From positions 14,264 through 78,263 of the forward strand of contig CAJOMC010000005.1 in the NCBI GenBank assembly GCA_905235635.1: 64,000 nucleotides of DNA, read 5' to 3'. The DNA comes from an uncultured Bacilli bacterium (GTDB taxonomy: Bacteria > Bacillota_I > Bacilli_A > Izemoplasmatales > UBA1188). The position numbers and the translations under genes were made by a program. Positions 37,601 through 48,978 of the stretch are shown in pieces. The first letter of the stretch is position 1; the number at the start of each line of letters is the position of its first letter. Below the pieces are notes generated by a model that saw only the letters and a program-made list of their open reading frames with translations, was not told the origin of the DNA and searched no databases.

Positions 37601-38039
37601 CCTTATCTATTTTGTTTTCGATTTGTCTTTTGTGAGCGAGAGGCCTTGATTTTGCCTCATATAATGTTCTAACAAAAGAATGCCTAATACGTTCAAGAAG
37701 AACTTCTTCAAATTCGATTCTTGATTCTAAGTCTTGTTTCTCTTTGTAATATTCATCTAACAAAGCAATAAGCTCAACATTTGCTTTTTCATTTAAAGCT
37801 TCGTAATCCTTAAAATATTTTTGAAGAATGATAACCCTATTTTCATCATGTTTTTGAAGTCTTGTCTCATAATCTTCATAAATATCTCTATAATCGTCAC
37901 TTTGCTTTTCTTTTAAATCAAAAAGATCCTTCTCAAGAGATGAGATGGTTTTGTCAAAATATCTTTCTACTTCGGCAGGGCTATAACCAAAACCCTCTAG
38001 TAGATTCATGTATACAGATTTTTTCTCGTTGTTATTCAT
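34698..38039 (-). CDS. Giant coiled-coil protein of unknown function (1113 aa)
   Basis: It is heptad-rich helical sequence along its whole length, with no enzymatic motif, signal peptide or TM segment seen. It is the first gene of a two-gene minus-strand unit. Confidence 0.6.
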   Translation of the reverse strand: MNNNEKKSVYMNLLEGFGYSPAEVERYFDKTISSLEKDLFDLKEKQSDDYRDIYEDYETRLQKHDENRVIILQKYFKDYEALNEKANVELIALLDEYYKEKQDLESRIEFEEVLLERIRHSFVRTLYEAKSRPLAHKRQIENKIDKEEEVYTYTIFNAKESILKNLEFYKNAEKHALDIKKLITFLEEFKNYTSSLTENATLTSIESSRHLSDIYIECFEDAKKLLSDTSKYVSKFDSIRSSFNTFINIIIKNKKDNSDECESIKKGLEELNKKKDADIEALNKYYDSLIEKATNKEKSLLLEQKSSLINFITTNNQKLLIKYSIELDLLNKQNEELNRYSSILKDARDHLFESYNNFLDNGKSLMLNTFSSIIEILNYQKNALGNLTEDAKRTKDLLYYYKKSYESLGLDAKIVSLKEYLTYIEDNVNQNKELDLLSFKLLTNDELLRLSLLDLRRQYLTIDDETEIKKIEYDIKRKELEETAKAELEIMNSKCDLVLLKKDYEIDVLLVKNRLNNEVKILDTNKNIEMLKCDYMAAYTRLENISKIVKIKDRDEDAEEKLKTQIQIQKILEIAYLEAISRNEQFEDLMERYNKGIEILDEQLTNKMRYLNNVLEIERNNFEANKIKVLKESDEAKKRIYPFIRTEKESLKSKMDHIRESIKESQAKVIEEYRASLVNEKRAHALFVMALDKCKSSLLDLSPKTEFNEYVKKVDTDQILNQVYYILDTLVIDLDNILNKIYNKSFTKAYNKKELYKDYKTFRSLFIKSKNTSSLHQAYKYLLRSANESVKMLKKAFNKELKKNAPISYSEYIRNVFVLEDLKEYLLVKEIEKTSSDISPFLDNLDTIDIAKENDSERLAKRLSDYQELYLRTVKTIENDYKEKINHINTLKTRIIKQRETGNEDIKNIINSTYLAYIKRRDERIGEKKQENASNISSSHDKTTDLSRVIENINGNFQEEKQKILDEGNKYFDLMKDNSLKLWDSIETFKQDNKNKLEKRIIDHDQNKAAYFDELNSENIRLKDSFEYRKNSIIEKYENLKADNLIEFEEKFNNVIADTLNKYDNVSIPISAFKEHLSSLNEKLNEDLNDSLNNMENRINSLITEFKDKMEKK

Positions 38040-38353
38040 CGCTAAACTTCTATAATGTATTATAGCATATGGTCATTATAAATAAAACATTAAATGTTTT
38101 AATTTTTATTTGACAAAAAAATAAAAAAGTAGAGAAAAAACGAAAATATTTACAGATTTAGTAATGCTTATATTTTGATTCAAATTATTAAATAAAGCAC
38201 ACGTATTTGACTTTATAGTCTTAATTAAGCTTTTGATATAAATAGTTAAAATTATATGTTTTTTACACTATAAACAAATTTTGACGATTTATGGGTCCAT
38301 AAATCTCTATTTAATAATAGAGAGTTATGATATAATTTAAAAAGGAGATTTAT

Positions 38354-39347
38354 ATGAGCACAAATAAGGAATTAGAAACATATAGAAGTCAGGTTGAGGA
38401 AGAACAATTTTTAAGACCTCAAACATTAAGAGAATATGTTGGTCAGGAACAAGTGAAAGAGATGCTAGGAGTATCAATTATGGCTGCTAAACAAAGAAAA
38501 GAGCCAATTGATCACGTCTTACTTTATGGTCCTCAAGGTCTCGGAAAGACAACTTTAGCTCAAGTAATTGCTAATGAGATGGGTGCAAATATTACTGTTA
38601 TTAGTGGTCCTGCAATCGAAAAGACAGGCGATTTAGCGGCTATTCTTTCTGCGCTTCAACCTTATGATTGCCTATTTATAGATGAAATACATAGATTGCC
38701 AAAAGTTGTATCAGAAACACTATATTCCGCAATGGAAGATTTTGTGATTGATATAGTTGTTGGTCGTGATAGTGATGCTCATACAATTAGGCTAGATCTT
38801 CCACCTTTTACGCTTATTGGCGCAACAACAACTTATGGTATGCTAACTGGGCCTTTACGTGATAGATTTGGCTCAACTTATAAACTTGATTTCTACACTG
38901 TTGATGAACTTAAAAAGATTTGTGAAAGAACTTCAAGAATTTATGGAAATCCGATAGATTCTGATTCATCATTTGAAATCGCAAGGCGTTCTCGTGGTAC
39001 GCCAAGAATAGTAAATAGAATATTTAAAAGAGTTCGTGATTTTGCTGATGTATATAATGGTGGTGCTATCAATTTAGATATCACAAACAGAACGCTCACA
39101 AATTTAAATATTGATGACCAAGGTCTTGATCAAAAAGACAGAGATTATCTTGAAACCATTATCTCTCATTTTGGCGGAGGACCAGTTGGTGTTGATAATC
39201 TCGCATCAAGTATGTCTGAAGATAGACTCACTATTGAAAATGTGTATGAACCTTATTTAATCAAAGAAGGCTATATTCAGCGTACATCAAGAGGACGTAT
39301 CGCTACTCCAAAAGCCTATAAACACATGAAAAAGGATTTGTTTAGTT

Positions 39348-39358
<11 letters not shown>
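38354..39358 (+). CDS. ruvB: Holliday junction branch migration helicase RuvB
   Basis: It has '[16 protein letters not shown]', Walker A '[11 protein letters not shown]', 'FIDEIHRL' and 'RGTPRI'. Confidence 0.95.
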
Positions 39359-41511
<2,153 letters not shown>

Positions 41512-41523
41512 GAGAGTCGTGCT

Positions 41524-42666
41524 ATGTATAATCAATATGATCAATTTTCACAACATGCTGTAATAAAAGTAGTCGGTGTCGGAGGTGGTGGCGGTTCAGC
41601 CGTTGATAGAATGGTTGAAAACGATGTATCAGGCGTTGAATTTGTTGCTATCAATACCGATAGTCAAGCTTTAAAAAAGTCAAAGGCAGATGTTCGTATT
41701 TTACTTGGAAGAAAAACAACTGAAGGTTTAGGTGCTGGAGCCGACCCAGATGTAGGACGTCGTGCTGCTGAAGAAGCTGCAGATGAAATAAGAGATAACT
41801 TGTCAGGTGCTGACATGGTTTTTATCACCGCTGGTATGGGTGGTGGAACAGGTTCAGGCGCATCTCCTGTAGTTGCTAAAATAGCACGTGAAATGAAATG
41901 CTTAACTATTGGTGTTGTCACAAAACCATTTAGTTTTGAAGGTCCAAAAAGAATGTCAGTTGCACTTAATGCTATTGAAGAATTAAGACCTTATGTTGAC
42001 GCATTAATCGTTATTCCTAACGATAGACTTTTAATCACTAGTGGTGGTGAAGATATCTCTATCTTTGATACATTTAGAAAAGCAGATAACGTCTTAAGAT
42101 CTGCTGTCCAAGGTATTACTGAGATTATCAATGAAGAAGGACTTATTAATGTTGACTTCGCCGATGTTAGGACAACTTTAAAAGATAAAGGTACTGCACT
42201 TATGGGCATTGGTATGGCATCAGGTGATAACAGAGGTATTGTTGCCGCAAACCTCGCAATTAGGTCTCCTTTACTTGAAACATCAATAGATGGCGCAACA
42301 AGCGCAATTGTTAATATTACCGCATCAACTAAGGTAACTATTAACGAAATTCAAAGTATCATTCATGAAATTCAAAACTCATCATCTAAAACTCTTGATA
42401 TTATATGGGGTCAAGCAATTAATAAAACATTTGATGATCAAATTGTTGTCACAGTAATTGCGACAGGTTTTGCCACAGACCCACTTAAAAATATCAATGA
42501 TAAAAATGAATATAAACCAGAACTAAGCACTCAAGATGATGACGACATTTTATCTGGCTTAACTGGTAAAGGTGGAAAGAAAAAAATATATAGAAGAGAT
42601 AAAAAATCTAAAGATAAAAAGAACGCAGAATATAATTCACTTCCTGAATGGATAAGCAAGAAATAA
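41524..42666 (+). CDS. ftsZ: Cell division protein FtsZ
   Basis: It has 'IKVVGVGGGGGSAV', 'GLGAGADP' and the tubulin signature 'GMGGGTGSGASPV'. The C terminus is basic and ends in an 'SLPEWISKK' peptide. Confidence 0.95.
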   Translation: MYNQYDQFSQHAVIKVVGVGGGGGSAVDRMVENDVSGVEFVAINTDSQALKKSKADVRILLGRKTTEGLGAGADPDVGRRAAEEAADEIRDNLSGADMVFITAGMGGGTGSGASPVVAKIAREMKCLTIGVVTKPFSFEGPKRMSVALNAIEELRPYVDALIVIPNDRLLITSGGEDISIFDTFRKADNVLRSAVQGITEIINEEGLINVDFADVRTTLKDKGTALMGIGMASGDNRGIVAANLAIRSPLLETSIDGATSAIVNITASTKVTINEIQSIIHEIQNSSSKTLDIIWGQAINKTFDDQIVVTVIATGFATDPLKNINDKNEYKPELSTQDDDDILSGLTGKGGKKKIYRRDKKSKDKKNAEYNSLPEWISKK

Positions 42667-42667
42667 A

Positions 42668-45070
42668 ATGGAACTAGTAAAAGCATCAACTTATTTGGAA
42701 AATTTAGATATATCACTCGTTAGAAGACTTGAAAGATTAGTCTCTATTTACCCAAGCAAAAAGAAGATAGAAGAGGCAAGAAAACTAATAAATATCTATA
42801 TAAATAAATCTAAAGTAGCCTATTTCTATCAAGCTTTAACATCTCCATCATATAAAGAAAATGAATTCACAAAGGAAATTGTTGCGATTTTATCTTATGG
42901 AAAAGGTGACCTGTTCTGTGATTATCTTCTCCAAAAACATGCTTATTACGCTTATGGATGTTATAACTATAATGTTATGGCTGAAATCAAAAAAGCTTTA
43001 AAAGAATTAATAAAGGATAGAAAATCCTATGATGCAGTGTATCTATATAGTGATTTACTAATTCTTGAGGGAAATCCTAAAACTGAAGAAGAAGCGTTTG
43101 ATAATTTCTTGGTTCTTGCAAGAGAAGGCCATGCATATTCATGTCTTTCCCTCGCGTTAATTATTATCGCATCAGGCGAAGAATATAAAGCTTCAAGTGG
43201 CGCTATTGTGCCATTCTTGTCCTTTGCTGCACAAAGCGGCATCAAACAAGCTCAAATAGTACTTCTTGATGTACTAAAAAATGGTTTTGATGATATGGTT
43301 CAAAAGGACCCTAGACTCGCAGAACAATTTGAAAAAGCATTCGAGAATCAAAGCTTTGATACATCACAACTAATATTTGAAAAATATTATAGAGAGGGTG
43401 CTTTCTTTAATGAATCAAATGAAAAAGCCGTTGAATTATTACCTTTAATTGGTAGAACTCCTAATAATAATCATTATGGACTAAGTCTTTATCGTAAATA
43501 CCTTAAAGAAAAAGAAGATGGTCTTGATTATAAAGATTCATTAAATAAAGCATATAAGGAACTATATTCTACCTATAAATATCAAGACTACGATACTCTT
43601 GTTGCACTATCTAACATTTTCTTTAATGAGGAACCCTACTTAGATAGAAAACTGGGATTTAATCTACTTCTTGATGCATATAGGAAATACCCAAATCCAG
43701 ACATTTCCTATACCCTCTATAGATTAATTAAATCAAGTGATGAATATAAAGACCATAGCGATATGCTTCCTGAACTTTCATATCGTTCCTTCTATTATTA
43801 CATAAAGAAGGATATTAACCCATTCATAGATCATTACTATAATATGGCATCACCTTCTGATGGATATAAATATGCGAGAAAATTGCTTAGTTTTATTAAG
43901 AAATATGAGCCAGAGTTCTCTCACGCAGAACTAGCATATATTTATCTTAAAGAAGGCAAAAAGAGAAAAGCTAAAAAAGAATTCAATAAAGTTAGAAACT
44001 ATGTAGATGTCTTAAAATATCCTTATACTTACGCTAAATTATATGAGAATCTTCCTTCTGGTGAACTAGATTTTCTAAAGGCTATTAATCTCTATAAAGC
44101 TGCATCGGTAATAGGAAACTCAAAAGCTTCTTATACCTTAGGTAGATATTATGAAAAAGGCCTACTTATCGCTAAAAACTTAGAAGAGTCCGTAAATTAT
44201 TATAAACTTGCCGCAAGGCAGGGCATTACTGATGCATATTTTAAAGCGGGTTATGTTTTAATTATGTTAGGCCACGATAAAGCTGGTTTAGCTGAACTTG
44301 AAACTGGTGCTTCTCTCTCAAATAGTAAATGTGCTAACGCATTAGGTGACCTATATTTTTATGGTCAATATGTTGAAAAAGATTACACTAAGGCTGCTCA
44401 TTGGTATAGTGAAGGATCAAAAAATAAAGATCCTAGATGTATGTTTAAACTAGGAATAATATTTAAAGATGGCCTTGGTTATAAGAAGGACTTAGAAAAA
44501 GCTAGAGAATTATTTGAATTATCTAAAAAATATGGATATAGAGATGGCCTATTCAAACTATTTGGTAAACATCTTTATGAAAATAATGATAAAGAATGTT
44601 TAAGATATTTGAATCTTGCTTATGAGGCAGAAGGTGATAGAGAATCATTAGTTTTACTTTCTAAAATTTATTCTGAAGGAAAAATCACAGGAAAAAGACC
44701 ACTTAAAGCCAGAAAGTATTTATTACTCTCAAAAGCAACAAATGATCCTGAGTCCTTATTTAAATTAGGGTTAAAGACATCTGGTAAATCGAGAAAACTT
44801 AAATATTTTGAAGACGCATATATGTATGGATACACTAAAGCTATATCCTATGCGGGTATTTGGGCATATAAAAATAAGGAATATCAAAAGGCATATTCAT
44901 ATTTATCTAATGGTTTATCAGAAGAAATTCCTGAAACATATTATATATATGCATTACTACACATGAATAATGTGATAAAGAATTTAAATTCAAAAGATGC
45001 GCTTTATTATATGAAAAAAGCTGCGGAGCTTAAATATCAAAAAGCAGTGTTATTTTTAAGAGGTGAATAG
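42668..45070 (+). CDS. Sel1-like repeat (SLR/TPR-class) protein, 800 aa
   Basis: It has multiple SLR-type units, for example 'ASYTLGRYYEKGLLIAKNLEESVNYYKLAARQG', 'ANALGDLYFYGQYVEKDYTKAAHWYSEGS' and 'MFKLGIIFKDGLGYKKDLEKARELFELS'. It starts 1 nt after the ftsZ stop. Confidence 0.7.
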   Translation: MELVKASTYLENLDISLVRRLERLVSIYPSKKKIEEARKLINIYINKSKVAYFYQALTSPSYKENEFTKEIVAILSYGKGDLFCDYLLQKHAYYAYGCYNYNVMAEIKKALKELIKDRKSYDAVYLYSDLLILEGNPKTEEEAFDNFLVLAREGHAYSCLSLALIIIASGEEYKASSGAIVPFLSFAAQSGIKQAQIVLLDVLKNGFDDMVQKDPRLAEQFEKAFENQSFDTSQLIFEKYYREGAFFNESNEKAVELLPLIGRTPNNNHYGLSLYRKYLKEKEDGLDYKDSLNKAYKELYSTYKYQDYDTLVALSNIFFNEEPYLDRKLGFNLLLDAYRKYPNPDISYTLYRLIKSSDEYKDHSDMLPELSYRSFYYYIKKDINPFIDHYYNMASPSDGYKYARKLLSFIKKYEPEFSHAELAYIYLKEGKKRKAKKEFNKVRNYVDVLKYPYTYAKLYENLPSGELDFLKAINLYKAASVIGNSKASYTLGRYYEKGLLIAKNLEESVNYYKLAARQGITDAYFKAGYVLIMLGHDKAGLAELETGASLSNSKCANALGDLYFYGQYVEKDYTKAAHWYSEGSKNKDPRCMFKLGIIFKDGLGYKKDLEKARELFELSKKYGYRDGLFKLFGKHLYENNDKECLRYLNLAYEAEGDRESLVLLSKIYSEGKITGKRPLKARKYLLLSKATNDPESLFKLGLKTSGKSRKLKYFEDAYMYGYTKAISYAGIWAYKNKEYQKAYSYLSNGLSEEIPETYYIYALLHMNNVIKNLNSKDALYYMKKAAELKYQKAVLFLRGE

Positions 45071-45072
45071 TT

Positions 45073-47349
45073 ATGGCACTTTCAAGCAAAGATAAACTAA
45101 ATTTGACAGTTGGTAAGGACAATTGGTTTTTAAATGTACCATCAAACCTTAAAGGAAAAAGATTAAGAACTTGTGATGGACCACTTGGTGTTAGAGAAGA
45201 AAAAGACTATACATACACATATCCATCTATTTGTTTCCCATCTCCCGCATCACTTGCCTCATCGTTTGATAAAAAACTAGTTTATGATATCAATAAAGAA
45301 ATTGGAAAAGAGGCAAAAAATAGGGGCATTAGCGTAATGCTTTCGCCTGGTATAAATATTAAGCGCAATACCTTATGTGGTAGAAACTTTGAATATTTTA
45401 GTGAAGACCCAGTTTTATCTGGACTAATGGCTAAAAGCGCAATAAGAGGTCTTGAAGAGAGCGGGAGTGCCGCATGTGTTAAGCACTATTTATTAAATAA
45501 TTTTGAAAATTCAAGATTTAATATTTCTCATAATGTTGATGATAAGGCTTTAAATGAAATATATTTAAAGAATTTTATGATTGCGATAAAAGAAGGTAAA
45601 CCTTCATCTATTATGACTTCATATAATCTCGTTAACGGTAAATATATTTCAGAATCTAAAGAGTTTCTAGATTTGCCTAGAAATAAATGGGGTTTTTCTG
45701 GCTTATATATTTCTGATTGGGGCGGTGTAAGAGACAAAAAGACAGCGCTGCTTTCTGGACTCGATGTAGAAATGCCACACTCAAATAAAAACGATGAATT
45801 AGTTGATCAATTAGATGATTTAAGTGAATCACTTGAAAGAACCACTAAGAATATAACTAAATTTATTAAGAAATATGGATATAGAGAAAAAGAAAGAAAA
45901 GATGTAAATAATGGAAGAGATTTAGCTAGTTATGCAGTAGCGAATTCTATTATCTTACTTAAAAATGAAGAGAACATTCTTCCTATCGGAAAACCTGAGA
46001 AAATAGCCTTAATCGGTCATTTAGCTGAGGAGCCATGTTATGCTGGATATGGTTCATCTCAGGTGACCCCTATTAATGTCTTAAGACTAAAAGATAGGCT
46101 AATTAAATATATCGATAATATCTCATACACACCTGGATATGATAAAGACGGAAAAACAAACGATAAATTCCTTGAAAAAATAGAGGAATGTGTTAAAGGC
46201 AAAGAAAAAGTTGTTTTTGTTTTAGGTGCACTTCCTTTCCATGAGGGCGAAGGATGGGATAGAGGAAATATGGAAATCCCAAGAGGTATGCTTGTCGCAT
46301 TAGCTAAAGCATATTCCATAAATCCAAACATCATAGTACTACTTGAGGCAGGTAGCCCACTTGAAATTGAAGATGTAAAGAAATATGCAAAAGGTATTCT
46401 TTTATCATATATGGGTGGTGAAATGATGGCTGAAGGTGAAGCACTTGTTTTAAGTGGCAAGGTATCACCATCAGGAAGACTTGCTGAAACATGGCCTAAA
46501 TCATTTAAAGATAGCCCAATCTACTATAACTATAATAGAGATATCTATAACCTTTATCAGACAGAATCAATCTATGTTGGATATAGATATTATGATAAAG
46601 CTAAAATAGATGTATCTTATCCATTTGGTTATGGCTTATCTTATTCAAAATTCTTATTTACTAAACTAAAATGTAGAATTAGTAAAAAAGAGTTAATAGC
46701 CAAGGTTACAGTAAAAAATATTGGAGATGTATCTCAATCAACTCCAATTATGCTTTATATATCTAAAGAAGACTCTAATACTTTTAGACCAATCAAGGAA
46801 CTTATAGGTTTTGAAAAGGTATTCTTAAACAAAAACGAAAAGAAGAGAATTAAAATATCTGTCCCTCTAGATTATTTGAAAGTTTATGACTTTGACACAA
46901 AAGATATGGTTTTAGAGGATGGAGAATATATACTTTTAATTGGTGATTCATCTGTGAATCTATCACTTAATAAGACCTTTACATTAAAGGGTGTTACTCT
47001 AAACAAAGACTTAAAAGCCAAAGTACCAGAATATTTCTATATTAAAGATAATAAGTTTCCTCTTTCATCATTTAAGAGAATCTTTGATAATGATATTAAC
47101 CATGATGGAAGTTCAAAAAAAGCTGATTGGAATACCGTATTTAAAAACCTAACATCACTTCCAAATGGTAGACTCGCAAGAGATACTTTCTATAAGGCTA
47201 TAGAAGAACTATATAAAGGTGATGATGAAAGAATAGAAAGATCTAAGAGAGATATTCAATATTTCCCATTTAGAATAATTAAAACTTTCTCAGGCATCCA
47301 AAATGATGAAATCTTTAAACTAATCTTCTCAATTGTGAATGGCGAGTAA
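45073..47349 (+). CDS. Glycoside hydrolase family 3 beta-glucosidase
   Basis: It has 'GPLGVR', 'CVKHYLLNNFENSR' and the nucleophile block 'YISDWGG', plus C-terminal alpha/beta and FnIII-like regions. I see no signal peptide. Confidence 0.85.
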   Translation: MALSSKDKLNLTVGKDNWFLNVPSNLKGKRLRTCDGPLGVREEKDYTYTYPSICFPSPASLASSFDKKLVYDINKEIGKEAKNRGISVMLSPGINIKRNTLCGRNFEYFSEDPVLSGLMAKSAIRGLEESGSAACVKHYLLNNFENSRFNISHNVDDKALNEIYLKNFMIAIKEGKPSSIMTSYNLVNGKYISESKEFLDLPRNKWGFSGLYISDWGGVRDKKTALLSGLDVEMPHSNKNDELVDQLDDLSESLERTTKNITKFIKKYGYREKERKDVNNGRDLASYAVANSIILLKNEENILPIGKPEKIALIGHLAEEPCYAGYGSSQVTPINVLRLKDRLIKYIDNISYTPGYDKDGKTNDKFLEKIEECVKGKEKVVFVLGALPFHEGEGWDRGNMEIPRGMLVALAKAYSINPNIIVLLEAGSPLEIEDVKKYAKGILLSYMGGEMMAEGEALVLSGKVSPSGRLAETWPKSFKDSPIYYNYNRDIYNLYQTESIYVGYRYYDKAKIDVSYPFGYGLSYSKFLFTKLKCRISKKELIAKVTVKNIGDVSQSTPIMLYISKEDSNTFRPIKELIGFEKVFLNKNEKKRIKISVPLDYLKVYDFDTKDMVLEDGEYILLIGDSSVNLSLNKTFTLKGVTLNKDLKAKVPEYFYIKDNKFPLSSFKRIFDNDINHDGSSKKADWNTVFKNLTSLPNGRLARDTFYKAIEELYKGDDERIERSKRDIQYFPFRIIKTFSGIQNDEIFKLIFSIVNGE

Positions 47350-48084
47350 ATGAATTTTCTTTTAACTAATGATGATGGATATAAAAATCCATATTTCGAA
47401 CAAACTAAAGAAGCACTTAAAAAGTATGGTGAAGTATATGTTTCTGCGCCAATGGTTCAAAGAAGCGGTGCATCGTGTTCATTAAAACTTGATGGTCCAA
47501 AGAAGGTTTTATATTTAGATGATAAATCAATTGCGATAGATGGAACACCTGCGGATTGTGTAAGTATGGGCCTTGAATATTTTAAGAATGTTAAATTTGA
47601 CTATGTAGTATCTGGTACAAATGAGGGATTAAACATTTCATACGATACTATTTTTTCTGGCACGGTGGGTGCTGTGCTTGTTGCATCATCACTAGGTCTT
47701 AAGGGGCTTGCTTTAAGCGCATGTTTTAATGAGACACCTAGTCAAGTTTATAATAAAACAATTGATGCACTAGATTTTGTATTTAAGAATAACCTATTTG
47801 AACATGCTATTATACTCTCAATTAATTACCCTATAAAAGAGTATGAAAAAGGCCTAGGCTTTAAGCTAGGCCATATCTATAATTCTCCCACAATTGACTT
47901 TGTTAAATTCGATGGAGAACTTGTTGATTCTGAAAGACTATATAGTATTAAGCGCGGCGTCTTAAAAGATAGTGATGCGTATTATACAAATAGTGGTTAT
48001 TATTCTATTACTCCACTTTCTATCACATATGAAGATAATAAACAATCAAAAATATTAGAAAAGGTTTTAGAAGAACTTAATTAA
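47350..48084 (+). CDS. surE: 5'/3'-nucleotidase SurE
   Basis: It has the N-terminal 'FLLTNDDG', then 'QRSGAS' and 'SGTNEGLN'. It starts immediately after the GH3 stop. Confidence 0.85.
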   Translation: MNFLLTNDDGYKNPYFEQTKEALKKYGEVYVSAPMVQRSGASCSLKLDGPKKVLYLDDKSIAIDGTPADCVSMGLEYFKNVKFDYVVSGTNEGLNISYDTIFSGTVGAVLVASSLGLKGLALSACFNETPSQVYNKTIDALDFVFKNNLFEHAIILSINYPIKEYEKGLGFKLGHIYNSPTIDFVKFDGELVDSERLYSIKRGVLKDSDAYYTNSGYYSITPLSITYEDNKQSKILEKVLEELN

Positions 48085-48916
48085 ATGTTTTAAATGATAG
48101 CTTGGCGATGTGATATAGTATCTTACTATTTCCATCGCTTTTAATTTTATCTATAACTTTATTAACCTCTTTTGAGCCACCTAATTTAAGTTTATAACCA
48201 TATTTTTCTTCTAGTTTTTTAATTGATTCAAGAAATAGATATCTTGCGATTATGGAAGAAAGCGCAACAGCGATGCTTTTGCCTTCGCCCTTCGTTTCAA
48301 AAGAAATACCAGTTACTGGATTAGATTTATCATATTTAGATAGATAATTATAATATTTCTTTTCACCACAGAAATCATCTAGACAAATATAATCATACTC
48401 AAATTTATCTTTAAGGATCCTTATGTTGTGGTTATGAATATAGGCCTTAAATTCATTTAGATTAAACTTATCTTTGAAATCATTTAAGCGCTCATTATCT
48501 AAAATATAGTAAGTATATATATCTGGATATTTTTTAATTACATATTGTGCGATTTGAACTATTTTATGATCAGGAATTGTCTTTGAATCTTTCACACCTA
48601 ATTCTTTAAGTTCACTGACCATCTCTTTTTTAACATAAGTACTCGCAACAACTATAGGCCCAAATATATCACCAGTCCCTACTTCGTCTGAGCCAATTGT
48701 ATTAGCGTTATCATATTTGCTTATAGGGAAGTATTTATTAAACATGGATAAATCTTTTCCCATAAAAACCACTTTTCCACTTTCATAAATAGAGACGGTT
48801 ACACCATCTATTTTGAAAAAATACTTAATGTATTCATTAGTATTTGGAAGAAGATACTTCTTATAAGTATTATAAAATTGTTGAATTTGTGATGGAGTCA
48901 TTACTGTTACAGGCAT
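48077..48916 (-). CDS. rnhC: Ribonuclease HIII
   Basis: It has an N-terminal TBP-like region, the catalytic 'GSDEVGTGDIFGP' and 'DSK...' blocks. Its 3' end overlaps surE convergently by 8 nt. Confidence 0.85.
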   Translation of the reverse strand: MPVTVMTPSQIQQFYNTYKKYLLPNTNEYIKYFFKIDGVTVSIYESGKVVFMGKDLSMFNKYFPISKYDNANTIGSDEVGTGDIFGPIVVASTYVKKEMVSELKELGVKDSKTIPDHKIVQIAQYVIKKYPDIYTYYILDNERLNDFKDKFNLNEFKAYIHNHNIRILKDKFEYDYICLDDFCGEKKYYNYLSKYDKSNPVTGISFETKGEGKSIAVALSSIIARYLFLESIKKLEEKYGYKLKLGGSKEVNKVIDKIKSDGNSKILYHIAKLSFKTFN

Positions 48917-48978
48917 ACTTGTATTATATCATAAGATAAGTAATAGATTATTTTGTTGTTTTAGAGTAGAATTAATTT

